Origin: Macrostomum lignano | Lineage: Eukaryota | Length of the DNA: 64,000 nt | Assembly: GCA_002269645.1 (NCBI GenBank) | Contig: NIVC01002227.1 | Span: forward strand, 1 to 64,000 | Reading direction: 5' to 3' | Shown: positions 56,901-64,000 of the stretch, piece by piece | Position numbering within the stretch: position 1 is the stretch's first letter | How the letters are laid out: the number at the start of each line of letters is the position of its first letter | Made by a program: the position numbers and the translations under genes | Notes under the pieces: generated by a model | The model's input: only the letters and a program-made list of their open reading frames with translations | The model's database searches: none | Told to the model about the DNA's origin: nothing

Positions 56901-59900
56901 AGGTATGACAATTATACCAGTGCTGATCGTGGAACTCCTTCGCGGTGTACGTGTAAGTGCACAAGCGCGTCTCTTGGGAGGCTGTAATCTCTTCATCTTC
57001 TAATTCGTCATCTTCTACGTCTACCGCTGCATCCTCCACAGTTTCGTTGTTAGCGTGGCAGATAAACTCGCCGTCATCATCGTAGTCGTCGCCGTCGTCG
57101 TCCTCATTGTCGTCTTGATCTGGGTCGCTGGATTCTTCTAGCGGAGACATTGGTGGCAATAAGAGTATGTACTTCATATTGGTGTTGAGGTGCCACTCAA
57201 TCAGTCATTCTACTTCAAATCCCATCATGAGGTGCCACTCAATCAGTCATTCTACTTCAAATCCCATCATGAGGCGCCTCTCAATCAGTCATTCTACTTC
57301 AAATCCCATCATGAGGTGCCACTCAATCAGTCATTCTACTTCAAATCCCATCATGAGGTGCCACTCAATCAGTCATTCTACTTCAAATCCCATCATGAGG
57401 CGCCTCTCAATCAGTCATTCTACTTCAAATCCCATCATGAGGTGCCTCTCAATCAGTCATTCTACTTCAAATCCCATCATGAGGTGCCACTCAATCAGTC
57501 ATTCTACTTCAAATCCCATCATGAGGTGCCTCTCAATCAGTCATTCTACTTCAAATCCCATCATGAGGTGCCACTCAGTCATTCTACTTCAAATCCCATC
57601 ATGAGGTGCCACTCAATCAGTCATTCTACTTTAAATCCCATCATGAGGCGCCTCTCAATCAGTCATTCTACTTCAAATCCCATCATGAGGTGCCACTCAA
57701 TCAGTCATTCTACTTCAAATCCCATCATGAGGTGCCACTCAATCAGTCATTCTACTTCAAATCCCATCATGAGGCGCCTCTCAATCAGTCATTCTACTTC
57801 AAATCCCATCATGAGGTGCCACTCAATCAGTCATTCTACTTCAAATCCCATCATGAGGCGCCTCTCAATTAGTCATTCTACTTCAAATCCCATCATGAGG
57901 CGCCTCTCAATCAGTCATTCTACTTCAAATCCCATCATGAGGTGCCACTCAATCAGTCATTCTACTTCAAATCCCATCATGAGGTGCCACTCAATCAGTC
58001 ATTCTATTCCAAATTTCATCATGAGGTGCCACTCAATCAGTCATTCTACTTCAAATCCCATCATGAGGTGCCACTCAATCAGTCATTCTATTCCAAATTT
58101 CATCATGAGGTGCCACTCAATCAGTCATTCTACTCCAAATTTCATCATGAGGCGCCAATCAATCAGTCATTCTACTTCAAATCCCATCATGAGGTGCCTC
58201 TCAATCAGTCATTCTACTTCAAATCCCATCATGAGGTGCCTCTCAATCAGTCATTCTACTTCAAATCCCATCATGAGGTGCCACTCAATCAGTCATTCTA
58301 CTTTAAATCCCATCATAAGGTGCCACTCAATCAGTCATTCTACTTTAAATCCCATCATAAGGTGCCACTCAATCAGTCATTCTACTTCAAATCCCATCAT
58401 GAGGTGCCACTCAATCAGTCATTCTACTTTAAATCCCATCATAAGGTGCCACTCAATCAGTCATTCTACTTCAAATCCCATCATGAGGTGCCTCTCAATC
58501 AGTCATTCTACTTCAAATCCCATCATGAGGTGCCACTCAATCAGTCATTCTACTTTAAATCCCATCATAAGGTGCCACTCAATCAGTCATTCTACTTCAA
58601 ATCCCATCATGAGGTGCCTCTCAATCAGTCATTCTACTTCAAATCCCATCATGAGGTGCCACTCAATCAGTCATTCTACTTCAAATTTCCTGATGAGGTG
58701 CCACTCAATCAGTCATTCTACTTCAATTCCAGTTGCCAAAAAGTCGTCAGAGTCGTCTAAAAGTTACTTTAAGGGTTTTTTGTCTGCGACTCTGAAACGA
58801 CTCTGGGGCCGTATCTGAGGCGTGCTTGAGTCGCTATAGAGTCGCTATAGTTGCATCTAAAGCGCATCTGCGTCACTTGATGAATTAGATTAAAATTTCG
58901 CATTCATTTGTCTACTTAAGTTAGTAGAAAGTTAAGCGTTAAAACAAAGACTCTTGGACGAATTTTTTCGCAACACTTTTAGGATCCTGAAACTCAAACT
59001 CAAGACTCAACAGTCGCCTCTCCATCGCATTATAGTCGTTTGATCAATTGAAAAGTCACAAGAGCCGTTCAGGGTCGCCAGAGTCACTAGTGAGTTGTCT
59101 AACCATTCTAGTCACGGTAACGTTTTCAACGGGCTCTCAATCAGACATTTCACAATTCAAAAATTCAAGAAACCGCGTCTATTCGAAAACCAATAAATCT
59201 ACTCGACTCTCTTAAGAAAAAAATCATGCATTTGATCAACTACTCAAGTACCCACCGGATGCTTCAGACGCTCTCCTATCGGTTTTCTGCTGACCCTGTT
59301 TCAGTTTAGCTTTTTAGCCGAAGCTGACTGAGCCCCCAGTACAGCTAGCAGGTCGCGTAGATAAGTCAGAATCTCTGTGACAGTCGCGTCTGGCAGTGGT
59401 TTCTCTTCGATATCTTTGGCAGCCTGATTCAACCAGTCTAAGCACTGCCTAGCAACTGACCGATGCCCGGAGCCGCCATCGGCAAAGGCTAGTGTGACCA
59501 ACACAGCTAAATAAGCCGGAAAATCTCCAGTACTATGCAGCATCCTAGCTGACGGAGTTTTCAATGCTAATAACTCTTTTAATAATCTTCTAGGAAGCTT
59601 AGACGGTAGGCGACGCGACTTGGACGATTCTTTAACTAATAGTTCGGCAAACTGGGCCAGCTCTGATAGTTTAGTAGAACAGTCAGCTGTGAGCTTATCC
59701 TCTAGCCAAGATTGAATCATTTTATCGCTAACATCAGCAGCATTGTCGGCTAGAGATTTGCACAGGGCGGTTAACGGATGCTCCGGTGGGAAGCCGGAAG
59801 AGTCCTCCGAGCTGCCAGACTCGCTGCCAGATGGCAAGGCGTGCAATCTAGTTAATAGACGATTGAAAAAAGCCAAGGAATCCTGCGAGCCGAATAGTAC

Positions 59901-62900
59901 AGCAGCTAGGCTGTCCGGTAACTGTTGAAATGTTGACTCTAGTAGTTTGACAGCGGAGCTATTGTTAGACGACAGCGTTGAGGTCATAAGAGCGATAGTG
60001 TCTCGTTGCATGGCCTTCCAAATAGGATGATTTCTAGCTTCAACAGGCCAGGCGCTATGGCTAGCATGTGGATCAGTGAACAGATCGTGCAGCAGATTCG
60101 ATAGGCAATGCAGCAACAGCAAGTCGTTGCCAGAGTCGCCGCCTATTAAAGAGAGCGCAGCCTCGTGAATTGGTCGATAGGCGTAGCCGAGACGAATAGC
60201 GGCTAGTCTGGGCACGCCGCCAACCTTGGTTAGTACCGACTGAGTTGATGGCCACCAATGCTGCAGAGAGCGCAACAGACGGCCAACGCTACAAAGCAGA
60301 CGTTTATAAGACAGACAGGCTGGGCCAGTCGCCGAGGACTCAGACAAGTGCAGCAGCACAGTCTGCTCCATCAGCGAGTGGGCCGGCGTACTACCAGACT
60401 GCTGCTGACAGCCTCTACCGTCTAAAGCATCGTAGACGTCCATGTTCCGCCGAATGTGCTCGGGTAGACAAGCGGAAGAGTCCTTGAACCCGCCTGGGCC
60501 GGACAATATAGCCAACAATCGGCGGCATAATTGCAATTCGTAATCGGCTAAGCCGCAATGCTGACTATCTGTCTGCACTAGCCAATCAATTATGGCTTGG
60601 CCGCACAATTCCGCAATGTCTATAAGCGGCTGACGCAATCGATTAGCGCAGGCAAGCACGCTGGCTGGCGTGTCCGCCGACGACAGCTTGGCGAGTGCAA
60701 CCACCTGGAGAATGTGGGGACGAATTTGCAATTATCTGGCTACCAATTGGCTCAGAGCAGTCACGTGACAAGTTAAACGCAATAACTAATGAGAATGAGA
60801 TTTTTTGATTACAGACGAGTTTACCGCAGAAGTTTTGGCACCCTGGCGCACTTTAAGCGCATTCTGCGGACTCCCCTGAGCAGGCACACAAGCGCGCGGA
60901 TATGTACGCAGTCACACGCGCAGGCACACACTCACACAGGAGTGTACAGCGGCCCTAAATTTATTTATCGTTAGGCATGTACACTTCACAGTGCCTTGGG
61001 AGTTGGCTCTCAAGGCCGTTAATTGCACAAGCAGAGCCAAGCCGAGATTCCAATTTAGCCCTAACTTAAAGTGACTGCACTAGGAATCGAGCCTGGGCCG
61101 CTGGCACATCAGAGCGTCGCGCAGGCCCCCTCAGCCCTAGATTTTCGAACCTGTGGCGTGCAAGTTTCGAAAATCTTGACACCAAAAGTACAAACCTTTC
61201 CACCCGAAGCTGACACCAGCCGACGAGACGAGCTGGCGGTCGATTCCGAGTCGTCGCCGCCTTCGCCGCCAGATCTTAGATCGGAGAAAATCGCCGACAG
61301 GCAAGCAACCGAGGCGTCTAGCATAGCAACTGGTAGAGGATTCCCGCAGCTATTACTATTAGTAGATTCGCCTAATTTTACGTCCTTAAAATAGCTTTCC
61401 ACATAGGCAGTCAGGGCGGCCAAAGTGCCGCAGGCGGATAATTTCTCTTCGAATAGGGCGTCGATCCAAGCCTGACCTGTAGATTTGGCCAGATTAGAGA
61501 ACACCTGTCGCCTGGCAGTGAAATAGCGACTATTTAGCTGGGCAACGCAGTAGAGATCGAATCTGTCAGCTAGAATATCACCGCTAGGCGGCTCAAGTCC
61601 GCCGGAGTCGCAGGTGCGAAGAAACCAACCAGATGGCGGCAGCAGGTTCAATAGTCGATTAGCGGCGCGCCAATGATATTCGAGGCGCGCATCGAATCGG
61701 GTCGATAGTCGGCCGTACTATTATTTGACAGAGCGTTAACACGCCAGGTTAGGCGTAGCAAGCCTAAACAGGCCGAATAGATCTGATCGTAAGTATCCGG
61801 GTTGGACATGAGACAGTCTAGCGCTAGATTATCCGGCTTACTAACTGAAGGCGCCGGGACTGGCGGCAGTTCGTAATAAAGCAACCGATTTGCCAAATCT
61901 TCGTCCGAGGCCACGGCGGCCAGTGTTCCACACGAGGCAGAGTCGGCGGCTGTAGCAGCGGCAACAGTCGCCTGCGAACTGGTTGGCCTAAGAAATTGGC
62001 CAAAGAATGAATACCTTAACTGTCGCATCAAATTGTCTGGCGGATCGTAATAATACTGCACAAACGACGCCATCAGTAGGCAGAGACGACTAATTGGCAA
62101 CGGATTTAACAGCTGCGTCGGTTTCTTCGGCACCGACGATACCAACTGGCAGAAGAGATTAACGGTTAAATTCAGCGCCTCTCGACGCTGTTGTCGGGCA
62201 AAGAACAATAGTTGCATCAGTTGGGCAACCTCCGGCCCGAGATCCGAGGCGCCGCTACCGCTAGAGGCCAATTGATTCGGCCAGGTGTACAATAGTTCGG
62301 CATTTCTAGCTAGCCAACCGGTGCTTAAACTGGCAAACAGTCTCAGCCAGAGACTATCCAGCAATTTGCGATCCTCCGCCCCTGTAGATCTGCCAGCTTC
62401 TAGGCGAAGAAATATCACTTGAACTGCAACAGACAGAGAGCGCCAACTTGAGCGCAACGGTAACGGCTGGTTCGATGCATCAATAGGAAAGCCAACAGCG
62501 GCGGACAGACTGCTGCGAAACTGATCCGTCTGACCCGTCGGGCACTCAGTCAGCAACGAGTGCAGGCAGCGGTGAAAAGCTACTGACGCTGAGCTCAGAG
62601 CCGACTGCAGCGAATTTGATAGACCAGTTGGCCAAGCATCGAAATTCGATAATATGCCAGCAATTGTGGCTGGCGATAGAGGCTGCGGCTTCTGAGCCTG
62701 CTGAACAGGCGATAGACAAGCGATTAGGCGACAGAGTTTTTCTACAACTAGCAACAGTTCGGAGGGCTGAGGCTGCGCTAGTGTCACACTTTGCTGCTGT
62801 GGCTGCTTCTGTTGCTGCTGTTGCGACGATTTCTGCTTCTGCTGTTGTTCATTCGTGGCCTCTTCAAAAACGTTGCCAAACAATAGGCCGCCAGTTGAGT

Positions 62901-64000
62901 CGCTATCGTCAGACGAGGCGGACGAATCGCCGGCAGATGAAGACGATGAAGATGAAGGAGGCTGAGCGGAGACGCTACCGCTAGACAGAGGCACGGCAAG
63001 GCGCTGCTGCTGCTGGCGCGGCTGCGGCGCCTGCAACTGTTGGCTCGCAGTTTCAAGCGCCGAGCGCAGATACAGATCCAACAGTTCCAACAGGCACTGG
63101 CAAGAAGCCACATTGGCTAATAACCCGCGCAATCTCTCGGGCGAATGATAAGCGTCTAGCGGACGAAGGTCAGCCACCGATGACGAAGCGGAAGATTCTG
63201 CTGAATTGGCTCCGGTCAGCAGCAGTGACGGACTGTCTAGCAGAGCTTTTAACGACCGCGAGACGGCTAAAAGACCCGCTGGACCTAGAAGCAGCTGGTG
63301 CTGCTGAGTTTGCTGGGTCTGGCGCCCTAGCATAAACTGCACGGCTCCATTTAAGCCTAGGGCGCCGCAGGCGAAGCGGAGATTGCGCCTAGCAAACACA
63401 GCGCCATCTCCATCGGCGGCGCTAACAGACGACGACTCTAAAAGTCGGTCGACAATTCGCCAGGCGGCTGAGATCAAAGCGACTGAGTCTGCGGTAGCTT
63501 GGCTGGTTGACGCCGAAGATTCTTCTTGAGCACTAGAAGCCGTTTGTTGTTGCTGATGGGAATCGGGCCGGCCAGCCCAGGCGGTCAAGGCGGCAAACTG
63601 GGCTGCGATGGCCAATTCTATCAGCTTTACAGCAACGGCACCGCCGGCGCTAACGGCGCCAATTGCCACGCCGAGCGACACGATTCGATCTACCAAGTCA
63701 AGCTCGATTAGAAGCTGCTTGGCTGGCAAACTAGCAGCTGCTTTGGTAGTAGCCGAGGACGACGCTGTCGAGAAGAAGCTGACTGCAACGGTGCCGCCGT
63801 ACGATAAGCAGTTTAGTCGGCTTTTTGCGCACTCCAGCAGGCGTTCGACAACGCCTAGGCTGTACGCGACAGCGCGACAGCGAGCTAAAACAGCGGCTCG
63901 AACAGTCGGATTAGCGTCATCAGCGTATTCAAAATTCGCGGCAACCTCCTCCGATGTGGTTTTAGCCGCAGTGGACTTAGCAGTGGCAGCGGTTTCGTCA
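21707..64000 (-). CDS. UBR4: E3/E4 ubiquitin ligase UBR4 (p600/BIG/Pushover), 5'-partial; 24 exons, about 5270 codons, three apparent 1-nt deletions
   Basis: UBR box ([21 protein letters not shown]...CDCGAKG), beta-propeller region, DOC-like domains, Cys-rich CPRCSQSV...[10 protein letters not shown]...[33 protein letters not shown]-x-GDATE, hemiRING (CCICREGY...HIECH...RCNGLLP) and C-terminal KPALMF...FFDCAGLL. All splice phases close once three single bases are restored. Confidence 0.96.
21805..22605. repeat. Three successive related ~23-bp minisatellites in the last UBR4 intron
   Basis: gatgggggtgaatgaacccaggt, then gatggtgctggatgagcccaggt, then ggcggatgaatgcagctgagggg. Confidence 0.92.
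22673..23345 (-). CDS. UBR4: UBR4 exon (C-terminal UZI region)
   Basis: [25 protein letters not shown]...FFDCA G|gtaagt. Confidence 0.93.
23375..23652. repeat. 28-bp minisatellite (resumes at 23918-23985)
   Basis: gactgtgactgatgatgatgcagagtga units, interrupted by a SINE fragment. Confidence 0.9.
23657..23917 (-). mobile_element. tRNA-derived SINE family A, 5'-truncated copy
   Basis: About 130 nt near-identical to 55380-55510, including the A-tail; ends in three tandem copies of gcggccctaactttatttttaa. Confidence 0.8.
24055..24307 (-). CDS. UBR4: UBR4 exon (hemiRING)
   Basis: [31 protein letters not shown]...RCNGLLP...HHSCLQ. Confidence 0.92.
24355..25001. repeat. GTCT/GT compound satellite, left part
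   Basis: gtctgtcttagtgtct-type units. Confidence 0.95.
25002..27642. mobile_element. Non-autonomous DNA transposon, CMC/EnSpm-like (CCC termini, ~26-bp imperfect TIR, 2-bp CT TSD, subterminal TGTGCCA repeats)
   Basis: Left end cccgaccggaaataattgttcttt versus reverse complement of right end cccgaccgaaaatatttgtccttt. Flanks read gtgtCT|...|CTgtcttag, whereas uninterrupted satellite copies read gtgtCTgtcttag. Confidence 0.85.
27643..28957. repeat. GTCT/GT compound satellite, right part
   Basis: Same units as 24355-25001. Confidence 0.96.
29013..29338 (-). CDS. UBR4: UBR4 exon
   Basis: [15 protein letters not shown]...[11 protein letters not shown]...GIYTFS AG|gtgagt. Confidence 0.93.
29500..30530. 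repeat. (ACT)n/(ACC)/(GCT) trinucleotide satellite
   Basis: Source of the spurious poly-Val ORF. Confidence 0.97.
30564..31112 (-). CDS. UBR4: UBR4 exon
   Basis: AFARQTG...[16 protein letters not shown]...LLHGLEQ|gtgagc. Confidence 0.92.
31175..31875. repeat. 28-bp minisatellite, array 1
   Basis: gggaggctggcccagcaactgaggatct units. Confidence 0.96.
31882..32331 (-). CDS. UBR4: UBR4 exon
   Basis: [32 protein letters not shown]...SVSE|gtgagc. Confidence 0.94.
32355..33300. repeat. 36-bp minisatellite
   Basis: gggttcgattcttgaaaactgagtaacggaagtcac units. Confidence 0.96.
33341..33586 (-). CDS. UBR4: UBR4 exon
   Basis: [21 protein letters not shown]...[20 protein letters not shown]|gtgaga. 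Confidence 0.95.
33690..36232. repeat. 30-bp repeat grading into a 23/24-bp minisatellite
   Basis: ctgacacttattgaccctacaatcccaagtc, then ttgacaccaatcctgacactata / ...cacttaca. Confidence 0.96.
36271..36765 (-). CDS. UBR4: UBR4 exon
   Basis: [10 protein letters not shown]...[20 protein letters not shown]...PHKQE|gtgagc. Confidence 0.93.
36810..37125. repeat. ~20-bp degenerate minisatellite
   Basis: tgactcattctgacattgta units. Confidence 0.85.
37216..37599 (-). CDS. UBR4: UBR4 exon
   Basis: [13 protein letters not shown]...KYANRW...QERGQ|gttaga. Confidence 0.88.
37730..38105. repeat. 67-bp tandem repeat
   Basis: aggaattcaggaatagggaaattatccc... recurs at 37794, 37861, 37928. Confidence 0.9.
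38232..38570 (-). CDS. UBR4: UBR4 exon
   Basis: [11 protein letters not shown]...DSLWERRL...QQPIAQ|gtgagc. Confidence 0.88.
38720..39600. repeat. 52-bp (25+27) minisatellite
   Basis: gattcttagaaaggggctttaaaatgt+gattcttggaaaacggcttcacgat. Confidence 0.93.
39724..40119 (-). CDS. UBR4: UBR4 exon
   Basis: VISVKQ...[12 protein letters not shown]...[12 protein letters not shown]...VLQEQ|gtagct. Confidence 0.92.
40210..40800. repeat. (GACA)n microsatellite
   Basis: acag repeats. Confidence 0.97.
40847..41105 (-). CDS. UBR4: UBR4 exon
   Basis: [21 protein letters not shown]...LLEQADKKH...KPRT|gtgagc. Confidence 0.88.
41185..42472. repeat. (GAGT)/(GAAT) compound satellite with higher-order blocks
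   Basis: gagtgaatgagtgagtgatt units with recurring gaatgcaggaatgagtaaat blocks. Confidence 0.95.
42536..43017 (-). CDS. UBR4: UBR4 exon (DOC-like domain and Cys-rich zinc-binding region)
   Basis: [12 protein letters not shown]...CPRCSQSV...[17 protein letters not shown]|gtaaca. Confidence 0.95.
43055..43580. repeat. 21-bp minisatellite
   Basis: gagtgtcagagtgggtatttt units. Confidence 0.95.
43688..44202 (-). CDS. UBR4: UBR4 exon
   Basis: QLARQF...[16 protein letters not shown]...IKSE|gtgagc. Confidence 0.93.
44320..45015. repeat. 12-bp cagacagttggt repeat followed by (GACA/GATA)n
   Basis: Visible tandem units. Confidence 0.95.
45157..46087 (-). CDS. UBR4: UBR4 exon with apparent 1-nt deletion near 45757
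   Basis: ...[13 protein letters not shown]...[25 protein letters not shown]...RDLH; two overlapping ORFs in the track. Confidence 0.88.
46195..46580. repeat. 21-bp minisatellite
   Basis: aaaatctcataccgtagtctc units. Confidence 0.9.
46725..47749 (-). CDS. UBR4: UBR4 exon (UIM-like [11 protein letters not shown], low-complexity insert)
   Basis: [13 protein letters not shown]...[15 protein letters not shown]...KELD AG|gtttgt. Confidence 0.9.
47822..48822. repeat. 28-bp minisatellite, array 2
   Basis: Same unit as 31175-31875. Confidence 0.96.
48887..49813 (-). CDS. UBR4: UBR4 exon
   Basis: MSSSSQPVD...YSELLL...[12 protein letters not shown]...QMDDQ|gtttgc. Confidence 0.88.
50178..50728 (+). 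repeat. Interstitial telomere-like 44-bp minisatellite containing TTAGGG
   Basis: ggggttagagcttgtgccttagggttagggtttaggttagggtc units. Confidence 0.93.
50784..51641 (-). CDS. UBR4: UBR4 exon (DOC-like domain)
   Basis: PVDFFESCQ...IVGIRVHLG...[12 protein letters not shown]...DFHK|gtgcga. Confidence 0.93.
51745..52051 (-). mobile_element. CORE-SINE (MIR-like), tRNA-derived
   Basis: On -: head GGGGATTGTAGACTAGTGGTTAG...GGTTCGAATC (A and B boxes), then gtccttaagcaagacactttactctgcattgcttcagttcacccagctgtaaaatggg, which resembles the MIR CORE. The 3' boundary is approximate. Confidence 0.8.
52058..52218. repeat. 21-bp minisatellite
   Basis: tatgagcactatctatataat units. Confidence 0.9.
52280..52900 (-). 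CDS. UBR4: UBR4 exon (beta-propeller region)
   Basis: [13 protein letters not shown]...[10 protein letters not shown]...TGYWLQP...RWE|gtgagt. Confidence 0.92.
53090..53632. repeat. ~80-bp tandem repeat (about 7 copies)
   Basis: actcagcctagggggcaggcccaatctagctcagccaatgagaaagcag... at 53101, 53181, 53262, 53341. Confidence 0.93.
53802..54272 (-). CDS. UBR4: UBR4 exon (beta-propeller region)
   Basis: [10 protein letters not shown]...CGLRECR...[16 protein letters not shown]...SPQYYFL...KDQ|gtgagt. Confidence 0.94.
54345..54600. repeat. Degenerate 15-bp then 21-bp minisatellite
   Basis: agatgatggttcagt, then cagcagctgacaatgatgggt. Confidence 0.85.
54636..55004 (-). CDS. UBR4: UBR4 exon
   Basis: [30 protein letters not shown]...TLHFQ|gtgaca. 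Confidence 0.9.
55380..55742 (-). mobile_element. tRNA-derived SINE family A, apparently full-length (~360 bp)
   Basis: Head GGGGGCGTAGCCAGCGG (A box)...GGCTCGATTCC (B box); 3' end CCTCTAATAAAAAAA; homologous to 23657-23860 and 60836-61130. Confidence 0.85.
56269..57137 (-). CDS. UBR4: UBR4 exon containing the UBR box
   Basis: [59 protein letters not shown]. Confidence 0.96.
57186..58728. repeat. 42-bp minisatellite (~36 copies)
   Basis: gaggtgccactcaatcagtcattctacttcaaatcccatcat units. Confidence 0.97.
59256..60704 (-). CDS. UBR4: UBR4 exon with probable 1-nt deletion at 59311-59315
   Basis: VVALAKL...[19 protein letters not shown]...; a phase-1 donor G|gtgggt at 59256 works only after adding one A. 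Confidence 0.82.
60836..61130 (-). mobile_element. tRNA-derived SINE family A, diverged copy
   Basis: Homologous to 55410-55730 with an internal deletion and a degraded head. Confidence 0.8.
61151..64000 (-). CDS. UBR4: UBR4 large N-terminal-region exon (open to window edge), apparent 1-nt deletion near 61695
   Basis: Frame is open from 63999; [10 protein letters not shown]...[14 protein letters not shown]...YYEL...KPDNLAL...; continues as [15 protein letters not shown] in the shifted frame; donor CAG|gttcga. Confidence 0.88.

Noticed and set aside
57186-58728. CRISPR array or repeat protein (542-aa + ORF)
   Set aside because: 42-bp head-to-tail units without spacers; the ORF is open only because the period is a multiple of 3; lies antisense in a UBR4 intron.
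59301-59316. Selenocysteine/readthrough TGA or programmed -1 frameshift
   Set aside because: No canonical heptamer slippery site (only five A), no precedent in UBR4, and two similar lesions elsewhere point to indel errors.
22596-62984. Numerous 60-185 aa + strand ORFs overlapping UBR4 exons
   Set aside because: Antisense shadows of GC-rich coding exons with no independent domain signal.

Overview
Eukaryotic (animal) genomic DNA with spliceosomal GT-AG introns; no prokaryotic features. The GC-rich, Gln/Ala-run-rich exons and satellite-filled introns suggest a free-living flatworm such as Macrostomum (inference only). Four genes can be reconstructed by hand with consistent splice phases. (1) A 4-exon opsin on + (5163-10058) keeps the retinal-binding Lys but has degenerate signalling motifs and no obvious counterion. 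(2) An insulin-like peptide precursor on - (10731-11288) has 12 cysteines after the signal peptide. (3) A 5-exon RNA 3'-terminal phosphate cyclase RTCA lies on - (15119-19574). (4) The giant E3/E4 ligase UBR4/p600 lies on - (21707 to beyond 64000; 24 exons, about 5270 codons in view) with three apparent 1-nt deletions. About 26 of 30 coding-region introns carry a tandem array, and several unrelated arrays share a 21-bp unit. Mobile elements: a 2.64-kb CCC-ended, 2-bp-TSD CMC/EnSpm-like DNA transposon, three copies of a tRNA-derived SINE, and a MIR-like CORE-SINE. A TTAGGG-based minisatellite sits in one UBR4 intron. Most long ORFs in the supplied track are repeat artefacts.
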